Below, piece by piece: positions 26,330 through 39,444 of a stretch of 64,000 nucleotides of DNA (positions within the stretch are counted from its first letter, which is position 1; every line of letters begins with the position of its first letter). The DNA comes from Octopus vulgaris. Its lineage: Eukaryota. The translations under genes and the position numbers were made by a program. The DNA lies in NCBI GenBank assembly GCA_951406725.2, contig OX597822.1:61256001-61320000 (forward strand). Reading direction: 5' to 3'. Under the pieces are notes generated by a model, which was given only the letters and a program-made list of their open reading frames with translations, was not told the origin of the DNA and did no database searches.

Positions 26330-28923
26330 TTTTGCATGTAACGAAAATATTAACAGAAGCAAATTTGGTTACAATAACATTTTAACATGCAAAACTCTTC
26401 CATTGGTGATAGTAGGAGACTTCCAAAGGCTATATGCGAAAACCTCACAAAAAAAAAAAAAAAAAAGAGTAAGAAAACTCCCCAATGTCACTTTGACCAC
26501 TAAGACAAATGTCTTCTCTCAGTCGTCTCTCTCTCCAGTTTACAGAAGCATGCTCAGAGCATGCTTGTTCACTCGAACCATGCTCGCCACTCTGAACTGC
26601 TTTCAAAATATTTGATGCAAAGCAGCACTTCTCTCTCTATCCCCATTCTCCTTTTTACGTGTAACCTGTGAAAGTTGATGAAGGCTCGGTCAAAGAGGAC
26701 GGTGTCTTTCTTTAGATCTTTTAGTCTCGTCCACTATACAATCCCTTTCGCCAAAAGCACCAGATAGATAAAGACTGTCGGCTCTTCCCGGCTAAAGGAA
26801 AACGGTGAGACGATTTAAACAAAAATACTCAGCTGATAGCCGGACCCGTCTTACACGTTGCAGCTGGTGTTCGGTATAACTCTACATGTTAGTAATGTTC
26901 TGGGTGGCATTGGACGAAGGCCTGCAAAATGGTTTGATTGCCCTGCACGCGTCTCGGTCAGGTTGTTCTGATAACGCTTCCGTGCCTGCAGAGTTTACTG
27001 CTATGAAGGCTTCCCACTAATCAAAGCTGATCAAGACCCTACTTATACTAGGCTCTTTGCCTGTCTCTCTATGAAGTATCGCATGAGGTGGAGGTTGACG
27101 TGGGTAGATATGTTCGGAATGACATTACCAATCAGGCAACTGACGACAAGCGCAAACTTTCTGCTATAACCTTAGCATATGCTTTTAACAGAGTTATGAG
27201 CAAAAAAAAAAAAAAGTATAATCCCCACAGCTCGAGTCATTTCTCACAAGCGCTATCGTTCCTTAATTCACAGAAGCGGTGATTCTCGCGTTCTGCTGTC
27301 AGTTGCAAAAGACATGTTCCAAGAAGCTGCCGAGGATGTCTGACATAAACACAAAACTTGTAGTGTAGACCATTCAAATCAAGCGATTTGTCCTCATGAG
27401 TTAACCATTGCTTCTTGTATTCCAGTGGCTGCTATTGACTTTCCACCATTCCCCATCTCTATTCCCAAGAATAGTGGCAGGTCATCATGGTAGGCAGTAA
27501 AATCCATCCTGCGATCTGGTCCACTACTCGCTTCGAACAGTTGAGCAAAGTGCTACTGAAACGCCGCATACATATGCTTGAGATCCAGAAGCATGCACTC
27601 ATATGGTCCTTCAAACACCAAATTGAGATTTTATTGATACGTTGGATCTCTGTCACTTAGGCTGATCAAGCAGCTTTCGTTCCTTTGTGTCTTAGAGAAC
27701 GCATCATAGCTTTAACAACGCAGTCTTCGTTGAAGAATTGGTCAAGGGCCAATCTCACCGTAAGCATGTCGGTCGCAAGGTCTTTGAGGTATTGCGGTAG
27801 AGGGTATTGACCTCTTCTAAGTTTCCTTCTAGTCTAGCTTTCTCTATTGTGACTTTCTTAGTAAACCTTGTTAATTCTTCTCTAATCGCCCTTTTCAGAG
27901 CAAGCCGCCATTTTTGTTGTTGACGATTACTTCCGTCAACACCCGCTTAACTAACTTGCTAATTTGATCTCTGCAAGCTTGGTGCTCTTGGAACGATGCA
28001 TTCAGATTCTAGTAATTGGGTTCCTGCCTACAAACCACATCTAGGTTGCCTAGCTTACAGAATACTCGATTTAGATTTGATTTGGATTATCCGATGTGGT
28101 CTGTCCATTCCACAGTTGTACATTCGGGAAATTCAGTTGATACTTCTCAAACAGTTAGAAGCGTCTGAGATTTTTGCCATTTAGCGTATAACTCGTCAGC
28201 TTCGCAACACGACATGTCTGAGTGGAATAAGGCGTGAACAAGCACGTCTTGAGGGAGTTTGTTCTGTTGTTTGCTGTGGTTGTTTTTGGGAGCTTTCTAT
28301 TATTTTTGATGTCGCATCCTTTGAGGGCAGCACGTCTTTTGTTTTTGCTGCTGTTGCTTTCACTGTTGATGTTGTTACTATTGTTGCTGTAGATGCTGCA
28401 ATCACTGCTACTGAAGTTGAACTCTGGTGCTGGTGATGTTGGTGTTGTAGTTACTGCTGTTGTTTCCGCTGTTAGCCACAAAGAATAATCTCTAATTCGA
28501 GCCTACTCTAAGCTACAAAGAATGCGTGTGGCAACTTGAAGATCCACCCACCACACGCGATAGACTGGCGGTTGCACGGGCGCGAAAGCTACGTTGTTAT
28601 CCTCATTCCATAAACGGTGGCTTTTAACGGGTGGAGAGCTGAACCATCCTGGGGTACAGAGGATTTGCAATCTAGACTAGGGTCTGAAAGTTTACCATAC
28701 CATAGTGGGTTACACCATGGTTCCTCTGCTTTGTGGCAGAAGTAGGAAGAAAGAGCGAGAGAAAGTTGTGGTGAAAGAGTATAGCGGGTTTCACCCCCCC
28801 CCCCCCCGCTGGAGCCTCGTGAAGTTTAGGAGTTTTTGCTCAATAAACACTCACAATGCCCGGTCTGGGAATCGAAACCGCGAGTCCGCCGCTACCCTAA
28901 CCACTGGGCCATTGCGCCTTCAC
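26330..28923 (-). mobile_element. Degenerate L1/Tx1-clade LINE with a tRNA-SINE-derived 5' head
   Basis: Minus-strand relic motifs: PNY*NLNAS (~27991-28023; cf. GYWKLN.S), KRAIREELTRF (~27865-27897), VLISFD*WEAF (~27003-27037; cf. LDQ.KAFD), LVLLAKG (26743-26763). Confidence 0.6.
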
Positions 28924-29689
28924 CGTTGTTGTTGCCACTGATTATGTTATTGGTTACTATTATCATTGTGGCGTTGTGAGGTATAGGGTATTGACAGTTC
29001 CACTTTCAAAACTATCTTTTCCTCTTCTTGCTGGTCGACTGTCAAGGAAGTAAATGTGAAAGCTATTTTGAATATTCATTGATTTGAAAAATTTATCTTT
29101 CTTCAAAAATTTTGCTTCGTGGAACGAGAAAGAACTGGCCAGTCTCTTACGATTCTGGTCGGTTTGATAAGACAAGATAAAACAATAAAATTATCAAATA
29201 GAACTATCTGGAAAGGAAAACGAGACACAAACACACAGATCTTCCAAAATACAGTCATCCACAGCAGTAAATAAAAATAACAACGGCGACAATGATGTTC
29301 ATGATAATGATGATGATGGTTTAAAAAATGCCATTAGAGCAACGTATAAAAGGAACATTACCTAGAAATATTAATAAATAAATAAAGGAAAGAAAACGGT
29401 GGTAGTTTTACGTCGGGTCACACAAGTTTTGACTAAGACTGCCGTCGATTCAACTGATTCCAACATTTGTCGGGTATATTTTGTTTCAGCGACTCCGGAA
29501 GAAGAGCTAAACTCAAACGGAACATAAGCTGAGAATGTAAAGATTGCGCTATAGTCGAATGTTTCTTAGAGATAGCAGGCGATAAAATATGTACATAAAT
29601 ATATATCTCCACACACACGCACACAGACGCATAGCTAAAACGAAAATACACTAAAGTTAGCGACTCTTTTACTTTTTGAGTGCGACTTC

Positions 29690-30380
29690 GCCTTTCATAG
29701 TTTCGGGGTCGATAAAAGAGGCACCAAGTGGGTACTGGGGCCGATATAATCGACTAGAATCTCTCCACCTAATTGTCAGCCCATGTACCTATATTATTGG
29801 CATTTCTTCTGGCCCTTTATGTTCTGGGTTCAAATTCCGTCAAAGTTGACTTTGTCTTTCCTTCTTTCTGGGTCAAAGAAATAATTACCAGTTGATGTAA
29901 TCAGTTAACCCTCTTCCTCAAAATTTCAGACCTTGTACCAGTAGTAGAAAGGCGGTGAGCTGGCAGATCGTGAGTGCGTCGAAAAAAATGTTTGATGGTA
30001 TTTATTCCGGCGAGCTGGCAGAATCGTTAGCACGCCGGGCGAAATGCGTAGCCGTATTTCGTCTGCCGTTACGTTCTGAGTTCAAATTCCGCCGAGGTCG
30101 ACTTTGCCTTTCATCCTTTCGGGGTCGATAAATTAAGTACCAGTTACGCGCTGGGGGTCGATGTAATCGACTTAATCCGTTTGTCTGTCCTTGTTTGTCC
30201 TCTCTGTGTTTAGCCCCTTGTGGGTAGTAAAGAAATAGGTATTTATTCCGACTCATTACGTCCTGAGTTCAAATTGCCTTTCATCCTTTCAGGGCCGAAG
30301 AAATAGGTGCCAGTTGAGCACTGAGGTCAATGTAACCAACTAGTCTCTTCACCCAAGTTTCAGGCCTGTGTCAATAGTAC
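29690..30380 (+). mobile_element. Nested Meta/MESC-type SINE cluster with one well-preserved copy at ~30008-30240
   Basis: ggcgagctggcagaatcgttagcacgccgggcgaaatgc...gagttcaaattcc...gcctttcatcctttcggggtcgataaattaagtaccag. Confidence 0.85.
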
Positions 30381-30636
30381 TCTTTACTCTTTTCTCTCTT
30401 TCACTTGTTTCAGTCATTTGACTGTGGCCATACTGGAGCACCGCCTTTAGTCGAGCAAATCGACCCCAGGACTTATTCTTTGTAAGCCTAGTCCTTATTC
30501 TATTGGTCTCTTTTTGCCGAACCGCTAAGTTACGGGACGTAAACACACCAGCATCGGTTGTCAGGCGATGTTGGAGGGGCAAGCACAGACACACAACCAT
30601 ATACACACACGTACACATACATACACACACACACAT

Positions 30637-30677
<41 letters not shown>

Positions 30678-30684
<7 letters not shown>

Positions 30685-30945
30685 ATCACGTGACCGACCA
30701 GTCCATCAGATGTAGTTACACATCGCTGGTCACAATGCGTTCGCATTGTTTTAGCCTTCGAATGACGCCACCCCGCTGGCTAAGCGAGCTGTCCAACAGA
30801 AGAAAGAGTGGGAGAAAGAGTGGTGAAAGAGTACAGCAGGGATCACCACCCCCTGCCGGAGCCTCGTGGAGCTGTAAGGGAATCGAAACCGCGATCCTAC
30901 GACCGCGAGTCCGCTGCCCTAACCACTAGGCCATTGCGCCTCCAC
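30678..30945 (-). mobile_element. tRNA-derived SINE (family C), uninterrupted copy between TA tracts
   Basis: gtggaggcgcaatggcctagtggttagggcagcggac...ggtttcgattccc head; tail ends tcacgtgatcacgtga. Confidence 0.75.
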
Positions 30946-30959
30946 ATATATATACATAT

Positions 30960-32068
30960 ATAGGGAGAGTTTACTAAAAAAGCAAAAGACGAAGACAGGT
31001 GGTGTACAGAACAAACAGATGTATTAGTATAGCGCTCAGGAATAGAAAAAGTCTTTTACGTTTCGAACCTACGCTCTTCTACAGAAAGGGACACAGAAAA
31101 AATGAGAGAAACAAGGAGAGAAAAAATGTGTGTAGTGGTTAACGATCTATCATGGCGACAGTCACACACGAGAGCGAAGAAGTAGGGGAGATAACAAAGT
31201 AAAGATGATTCCCCCCCCCCCAACACGAAGATGCGTGTGTGTATAAGAGACAATGTATGTGCGTGTGAAAGAGGGCTGGTGGTCTGGTCGTGTGCGTGTA
31301 TGTATGTGTAGATGTGAAAATGTGGGGATGGGAATTGGTCAGTGCTAGTGTGTGGGTGGTGTGTTGTGATGTGATGTGTAATGCTGTATGGTGTAGTGTG
31401 GTGTGATGTTGTTGGGAAGTGGGGGAGGCGAGAGTGGGGAAAGCACGGGTGGGGTGTGGGTTCGGCTGAGGGTTGGGGTATGTGGGTAGGCAGAGGGTGG
31501 GGTTAGAGGTGGGGTTTGTGGGTAGGCAGAGGGTGGGGGTAGAGGTGGGGTATGTGGGAGAGATGTGTGGGAAAGGATGGGCGGATGGGATGGGGGGATG
31601 AGAAGGATATGGAAGGTGGAGTAGGAATGTGTAGGGGTGGGGTGGGCTTATGGGGAGGGTTGACAATGAAGGAGGAAGGGGAAGGTGGGTATGTGAATAG
31701 AGAGAGTTAGAGAGAAGAGAGAAGAGAGAAAGAGAGTAAGAGAGAAAAAAGAAAGAGAGGGTGAAAGAGTAAGAGAGAAGAGAGAAAGAGAGTAAGAAAG
31801 AAAGAGAGAAGAGAGAAAGTGAGTAAGAGAGAAGAGAGAAAGAGAGTAGGGGTGAAGAAAAGTAGGAGTCGGGGCAAGAGAGGAGAGTTGGGTGGGAGGA
31901 AGTAGGAGGGAGGGGGAGAGAGACAAGGGGAGGAGGTTAGATGAAGAGGGGAGGAGAGTTGAGCCCAAATGGCGTAAGGAGCGATGAGAGAAGATTAAAT
32001 CTCTGTTCACGGCGCAAACGGGAGTCAGGATGGCCTCTGTGCAAGGACAATCCGGACATGGACAGGTC
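30960..32068 (-). mobile_element. Penelope-like element 3' end: GIY-YIG C-terminus, long CT/CA-rich UTR, terminal HHR motif
   Basis: ~31960-32068 (-) translates to LSMSGLSLHRGHPDSRLRREQ..LIFS..SLTPFGLN, matching the 50440-50662 GIY-YIG. HHR motif at 31053-31088. Confidence 0.7.
31053..31088 (-). ncRNA. Minimal hammerhead-like motif (variant core CUGUAGA)
   Basis: CUUU-CUGUAGA-A-GAGC(GUAG)GUUC-GAAA-CG-UA-AAAG. Confidence 0.6.
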
Positions 32069-32699
32069 TATATACATATATACGACAGGCTTCTTTCAGT
32101 TTCCGTCTACCAAATCCACTCACAAGGCTTTGGTCGGCCCGAGCCTATAGTAGAAAATGCTTGCCCAAGGTGCCACGCAGTGGGACTGAACCCGGAACCA
32201 TGTGGTTGGTATGCCAGCTCGCCGCCTTATGGGTGCTGATAATGACTGATACAGATAGTGAAGTTAGTGATAGAAATTGTATTTGTCATTTCACACGCTT
32301 AAATAATGCGCACCTTTTGTACGTGTGTGTGCATGCGTATGTGTGTGTGTGACATAAAATGCTTGCATTTAATTTAATTAACTATAATGATTTTATACCC
32401 GGTATTATGTGTGAGTGAGTGAGTGTGTGCGTCTATTTAAGTGCTATTGTGCATTGCATAAATGTACACGTACAAGCGCGCGCGTGTGTTGCAGTGTATG
32501 TAATCGTGCGAGACTGTAGGTCTGCAACATGTCTTCAGCTATTAGTGTGTATGTATGTGTGTAGGTGTCTTTAAAATTGTGCATAATTTGCAAATGGGCA
32601 ATTTCGTGTTTAAGTGTTTTCTACTCAGCTCGTGTTTGTCAATAAGTTATTGGGTTCCGTCTACACAACACTGTTGATTCTGTTAAGTGCGCATGTATA

Positions 32700-33102
32700 T
32701 CTTTATATATAAAAGTGAGGTTGTGTGCTGTTTGTCTCCTACGATTTAGATTCCTAATTACTCCCACATTTTGCGGTGCAGGTTAACCCAAACCGGGTAT
32801 CTTATAGTCGTGATTCATATCGAGCCCTTCTGGGTGTTAGCGCGTGTCTACGATGAGTCTACGATTAAAAAAAAAAAATTTACCATAATTTTTTTCCATT
32901 TTAATGCATTTTTTTCGCTATTATATAAGGGAAGTAACTCTCTAAAAATGTCTACGATGAGTCAACGATTAAAAAAAAATTTACCATAATTTTTTTCCCA
33001 TTTTTAATGCATTTTTTTGCTATTTTTTGGCTATAACTCTCTAAAAATGCTTATATAGTTATTTCCCTTACAAACCCGAGCAACGCCGGGCGATACTGCT
33101 AG
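32700..33102 (+). mobile_element. Non-autonomous Helitron
   Basis: A|TC start, 3' hairpin cccgagcaacgccggg, CTAG|T end, no TSD. Second copy at 54706-55101 (-). Confidence 0.9.
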
Positions 33103-33313
33103 TTAGGTATAAGCCTGTGTGTGTGTACGTGCGCAGCTGTGTACCTAAGTGTATATTTTTTTGAAGCTCTATACGTATGATGAGCACGTATGTTGTATGT
33201 ATATGTAGTTGTGTGTACACTTATTGAACGTGTACATGTGTGTGGGTGTCTGTTGTATGTATGTCTATGTGTGCGTGTATGGGTTTCTATGTGTATCAGA
33301 ATGCATCTATCTG

Positions 33314-33571
33314 GGTACTACTTAAGAAGAGTGGTCCCGGTGCGCGCACTCGCGTACTCGCGCATTCGCGCTAGCTAGTCGTGACTAGTCGATCCTACAA
33401 CGACTACCTAGTAAAGTAAATAAAACACAAAATAAATAATTTTTTTTACACAAAGTAAATAATTTTTTTCAAACAAAGTAAATAAAACACAAAAACACAA
33501 AGTAAGGATCGACTAGTCACGACTAGCTAGCGCGGATGCGCGCACCGGGACCACTCTTCTTAAGTAGTACC
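33314..33571. mobile_element. MITE with long GG...CC TIRs and an 8-bp TSD (Merlin-like)
   Basis: TIR ggtactacttaagaagagtggtcccggtgcgcgca at both ends; flanks tctatctg / tttatctg. Confidence 0.8.
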
Positions 33572-33633
33572 TTTATCTGTGTGCACGTATGTGCACCTCC
33601 GATAATGAGGACCAGAGAAAGAGATTGAGAAAA

Positions 33634-33690
<57 letters not shown>

Positions 33691-34099
33691 CTAAAAGAGA
33701 GAAAGAGAGAGGTGGAGATTGAAAGCACACGTGCAAACGTTCAGCTAAATTTACACACGTTAAGATTAGCTTTTGATAAGTAGAGTTACCCGCCTCACAA
33801 TTCTCCACCACCCCACCATCTCTCTTCCACCGTTATAAAACTGTAACTAACACAAACTCATACAGCCATCCACCCACAAGTACTTTACATATTTTCACCC
33901 CCCCTCCACCAATACCTCTACCCACAAACTCTCGCTTCACACATAGAAGATGCTCACCTCCAGCTCTCTCCTACAACACTCTTGAGACCCTGCATCACCT
34001 TTTTTTTTTCGTCACTCCCATTCCTCGCTCTATAATTTCACCATACAAGGTTATTGCCTTAGACATACCAGACCTTGACTAGGTGTAGTATAGTGTTTT

Positions 34100-34174
<75 letters not shown>

Positions 34175-34469
34175 ACACGCTGATCGGAAGCCTTTACAAG
34201 CTATTCATATGGTATTTTTTGCTTCCATGTAGGTTTCTTTTGCATGTATTTGGAAGATAAACTGTTGCTGTAGGATCATGCGTTTTGTTCTTTACGTATA
34301 TGTGCATCGTGATATTCCGATTTGTGCCACGTGAATACTCACTCTAATATGTGTGTGTGTTTGTGCGTGCGTGTACATACATAATACATACATACATACA
34401 TACATACATACATACATACATGCATATAATCAGTTGCCTAGTTAGTTGCCTATTTTGAAAAGATGTATG

Positions 34470-34805
34470 CAGTAATCCCTCGTCATATCGTGGTACACTT
34501 ATCGCGGTTTATTATTTATGCTTACGTCGATTCCTCGGTGGTGTTGTTTTGCATTTATAATAAAATGAATGTATACAAATTATAAAAAAAAAATAAAGAA
34601 AAAGAAAATACAGTACAGTACTGTTTCTACTTCGTGGATTTTCACCTAGCGCGGGGTTTTGGAACATTCCAAAACCCCGCGATAGGTGAAAATCCGCGAA
34701 GCAGAAACAGTATATATATATATGAGCGTCAATAATACTTTAATTGTTCCACGTCCTGCGTTGCTGTGTTTTTTTCTCTTTTTTTCTGTGTTTTCTTGTT
34801 TGGAT

Positions 34806-34848
<43 letters not shown>

Positions 34849-34920
34849 ATCCCTCGACTATCGCGGGTGTTACGTTCCAAAACCCCGTGATAGGTGAAAA
34901 TCCGCGAAGTAGAAACAGTA
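34470..34920. mobile_element. Rearranged Tigger-like MITE pieces including a fold-back
   Basis: cagtaatccctcg TIR at 34470, hairpin 34619-34712, second end at 34845-34920. Confidence 0.75.
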
Positions 34921-35033
34921 TGTGTGGTTTTTCGCGGAAGTACAGCTGGTAATTAGGAGCGCCGGGTGAAAATGGTGGCACCCCTGTCTATATTAGTCCA
35001 CTTGATACTGAGTGCTTTGTCTCGGAGGTTGCA

Positions 35034-35460
35034 GCTGTAATAGACTGGTTCAGCGGTATCGAGAATAAATCAGCCTGCAAATTCATCCAGTTCGACATTG
35101 TTGACGTCTATCGTTCAATATCTCAGCCCTAGCCACCCCCGAAATCTTGAAAGCCCTAGCTTTTGCTTGACAATTTACCAGCATTAGAGATCTTGATATC
35201 AGAATCATCATGAAATGCCAGAAAGTCAATTCTGGTCCATGACGATTCCTTCTGGGTGAAGAAATCGCCGACCTCGTCGGGTTATACATTTCGGATACCT
35301 TCAAGAACGTACCCATCCACATAGGTCAGCCCTCTATTGGGACGATGGCCTGGCTATCTCAAGCCATACGAATGGCCACGCCGTGGACAATTCAGGAAGG
35401 ACTTGATAAAATATTCAAAGAGTTCGACCTGTCCATAACGGTTTCTACCAACCTGAAGGT
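35034..35460 (+). mobile_element. Penelope-like reverse transcriptase relic
   Basis: AVIDWFSGIENKSACKFIQFDIVDVYRSI, EEIADLVGLYI, LYWDDGLA (cf. YRDD), FKEFDLSITVSTNLK. Confidence 0.75.
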
Positions 35461-35606
35461 CCATTTCTGCAAGAGAGTAAACTGAAGCAACATGAAACGA
35501 AGTGTTTTGCTCAAGAACACAACATATTGCTTGGTCCAAGAATTGAAACCACACATTCTTACGATCATGAGTGCAACACTCAAACCACTAAGCCACGACC
35601 CTGCAC

Positions 35607-35674
<68 letters not shown>

Positions 35675-36020
35675 ATATGTGCATATGTATACACACACAG
35701 ACACACATGGCTGAGTGTTGAAGAAGCTCTCTTTAGAACCATGGAGTCTCGAGTGGCAGCAATTGCCTTTACTATAACCTCTATCGATACTAGCCTTTTG
35801 AGTGAATTTAGGTAGACGAATAGTAACTGTTGAATCTGGATGAACAACACTTGTAATTGAAAGGCCCAGCATTATTACACTGTAGACTGAATCAAGTTGA
35901 GAATTGCCTGCTTATGGAATATTCAGCTGCTTAGTAAGCCAATTCAATGACTAGGTCATGCATTTGATCGAACAACTTGACGTCACATGTCGAAATCGAT
36001 AAGAAAGACTAGCTGAAGCT

Positions 36021-36400
36021 ATGCAACAGCTCCGTAACTTACTCTTCTGTCATCCCGGGTCCTCTGATCTTACCCACACCCACTGTCAACACCTTGTTTC
36101 CTCCTCCATCCGTCAGCTAATTCCCTCCTCTTTCCTCAGCCTCTATCCAGATCGCTCACATCCTATGCAGCTCCATTATCTATTTCCGCCCCCAATCCAT
36201 AAACCTGAAAACCCTGGTAACCCGATCGTCTCCGCCTACAACTGCCTCACGGAACTCATCACCGCCTGTTTCGAATTCCTCCTCACATCCCTAGTTACCA
36301 GTATCACATCCAACATTTAACGAGCATACGGTGATACAGGATGCCTACTGCTGACGAAGCGCTAACACGCCAAAACTACGTGATCAAGCAGGTCCACTGT
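36021..36400 (+). mobile_element. Penelope-like RT N-terminal relic followed by a degenerate HHR motif
   Basis: PPIHKPENPGNPIVSAYNCLTELI (cf. LPKIHK...PGRPIVS); ctgacga-a-gcg(ctaaca)cgc-caaaa at 36351-36375. Confidence 0.7.
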
Positions 36401-37339
36401 TGGTACTGGATGTTTTTTTTTTGTCCGCTGCTGATATTGTGTCTTTTTAACATAATATACGTCTATACAAGATGCTCTCTTATGACTAATGATGTAGCTC
36501 TACGGCATTCTTAAAGCATATCCTCGTTAAGGTGAATGAATTAAGCAGAGCAGGAGCATACACGAGGACGGAAAGTGTTGATGAAGAGGTCGCAGATGTG
36601 TGACGAAAGATTTCCGGACAATGGACATGAATTAAAATAAGAACAGCAATAAACGAGTGAAGAACGAATATATAGTGCGTGTGTTTATTTGGCAAAAAAA
36701 AAGAAGAAAAAATAGAATGACCATCGCTACTTTTTTAGCAACCCATTCATCTTTTAATATCTATGATTTTGCAATGCATTGAATGTGTTCATCCGACCTT
36801 TGTATGTTTTAGAACGAATTCAAACGATCTCATACGAATGTGCAGTTTACATTTTATATATTTATATTTATATAAATTTTTAGTCTCTAAATCACAGCTA
36901 CGATCAATCCAACGGGCTTGTCTTCAGATTCTGTTTTCCTAATTCCACTCACAAGTAACAGACACTTGCTGAAGTTAGCACTGAATGTAATCGAAGTCAG
37001 AACTTCTTGATTGTGAAACGAACTTCTTAACGAATGGACAATGCTTGCTACATCCGTCCGTCCGCGCGCGCGCGCGTTTGAGTGTCATCCTCATCATCAC
37101 CGTCATCCTCATCCCGGTCATCATGGTTGTTCTGATCATCATTATTATAATCATCATTATCACCATCGTTGTTTTGTTTTTAATCTTCTTTTATCGTCGC
37201 CATCACAATCATATCTCATCCCTATCTCAAAATTCGCCTTTATTATCAAACCTTATCGTTATAATCTTCAACATAAAATCATTATCCTAATCGTTATATA
37301 ATTTATCTCCGCCGTTCCCACCCCCACTAACAATTATCA

Positions 37340-37690
37340 TTACCATCAAAACCACCACCACCACGACCCCACCACCACAACCACCACAACCACCACCACC
37401 ACGATCCCACCACCACCCAGACTCCACCTTCACCACGACCCCCCCACGACTCCACCACCACCATGATCCCACCACACCACCACGACCTCACCACCACCAC
37501 CACCACCACGACCCCCACCACCACCACGGCTCCACCACCACCACGACCCCACCACCACTACCACCACCACTACCACCACCACTACCACCACCGCCGCCGC
37601 CACCACCGCCGCCACCACCACCACCACTACTACCACCACCAAAACCAAAACCACCACTATCACCATCACCATCACCATCACCATACAACT
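37340..37690. repeat. (CAC)n low-complexity tract
   Basis: Imperfect caccac/cacgac repeats. Confidence 0.9.
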
Positions 37691-38030
37691 GCTAGCACAA
37701 CACAACTTGTTCTTAATGAAAATTCATTTAATGAAGAGGTTGCTTCCCGTTTGAAAAATAGCATAAAAAACAAACAAACAAGCAAACTAACACACACAAA
37801 ATACCCAAAACGCAAAGCCACAAATACTTTGCATCACGGTACGTAAAGACACTACTGCGCAATTCGAAAAACAGAGTATAAACAGCAATCACGCAAGACA
37901 TTGCGACGCGGTTTCAATTACCAATTGGAACCACTTCACTTCATTGACGTCTTACAAGCGCTTATAGCACGAGAGTAATAACTTCCGATGCCGTCATCTC
38001 CAAAATATCTTCTGGTATGTATATGTGTAC

Positions 38031-38072
<42 letters not shown>

Positions 38073-38083
38073 ACACGCACGCA

Positions 38084-38115
<32 letters not shown>

Positions 38116-38456
38116 CACGCAAGCACGCACACACATACACACAAGCGCATACACGCACGCATGCACGCGCGCACGCACATATAAAAAAAAACACATACAC
38201 ATACGTGCGCGCGTGCACATACACAGTGTATGGATTAGTCTTTCTCTTGTTTGAACTCATGAATATATATCCATCTCTTTCATTCCCTATCTCTCTCGTT
38301 ATACATACATACATACATGCATACATACATACATACATACACACACACGCACATATTCGCACAAACACGCACGCACACACACATGCAAATATCGAACAAT
38401 GAGAACGAGTGCTCAACACCGCATTGGTGGATAAAGATTTTTTATTTGTAGATTAA

Positions 38457-38563
38457 GGCTACCATTGGTTTCTTGTTAAAGAAGCTCTTAATAATACCGA
38501 TGTTCCAATGTGATAGGCTTGATAATTGTTAAAAGTTTCCTTGACCTGAAACCAATAGTAGCC
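38457..38563. mobile_element. 107-bp MITE with TTAA TSD (Kolobok-like)
   Basis: ttaa|ggctaccattggtttc ... gaaaccaatagtagcc|ttaa. The same left end is seen at ~10211. Confidence 0.7.
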
Positions 38564-39387
38564 TTAATACACAAATAAAGTACCTCCCTTCCTCCCTCCC
38601 TCCCTATCTACCTACCTACCTACCTACCTACCCATCTACCTACCTACATGCATACACAAACATACATACATACATACATACATACATACATACATACATA
38701 CATACATACATACATACATACATACATACATACATACATACATACGTACGTACGTACAAACATACATTCATACATGAGAATATCGTGACTTTGCTGTGCT
38801 GCAAGGAGCAGTCAAAATTCATGCTAGTCGATACTTTTCATCTGATTGCTGCAAAAGTGACTGAATATTGACTTCTTTGCATAAAAATTTTAAGCAACCT
38901 TAAGGGCTTTAGTAGCGTTCAGTTCATGCTTAATCTGATGAGTACGATGTTTTCTTGACAGGTGTAATGATTGTTCCTTTGTGGTCTGGAAGTAGACAAG
39001 ATTGGCATTTCCCACTGGAAGGTGTGTTGTTGGACTCCATTTGTTGAGTAGGCACGGGCTTTGCACGAGGTGCCTAGGTTGCATGCAGTTGGGGCTTGAA
39101 TGCGGAATGTCAGAAAGGAGTAGAGAATGGTATCATCTAATTAGAAAGAGGACAGGAAACCACTGGTCCAAGAGATGGGAGACGGATGGTGCTCGTAAGA
39201 AGATAGTTTTGCCAGATGAGTTATATGTCAAGTGTGGCTGAAAGCTTTGCTGATGTGGAGGGCAAGAACAGTATTTTCACTAAATATCTCGAGGCCTGCT
39301 GATGAATGGTATAACAGAGTAGGTCTAAGGTAGCGGTGACTATACGAAAGCCACTTTGGTGATCATTAAGGAACAAGACTGAGAGAG

Positions 39388-39444
<57 letters not shown>

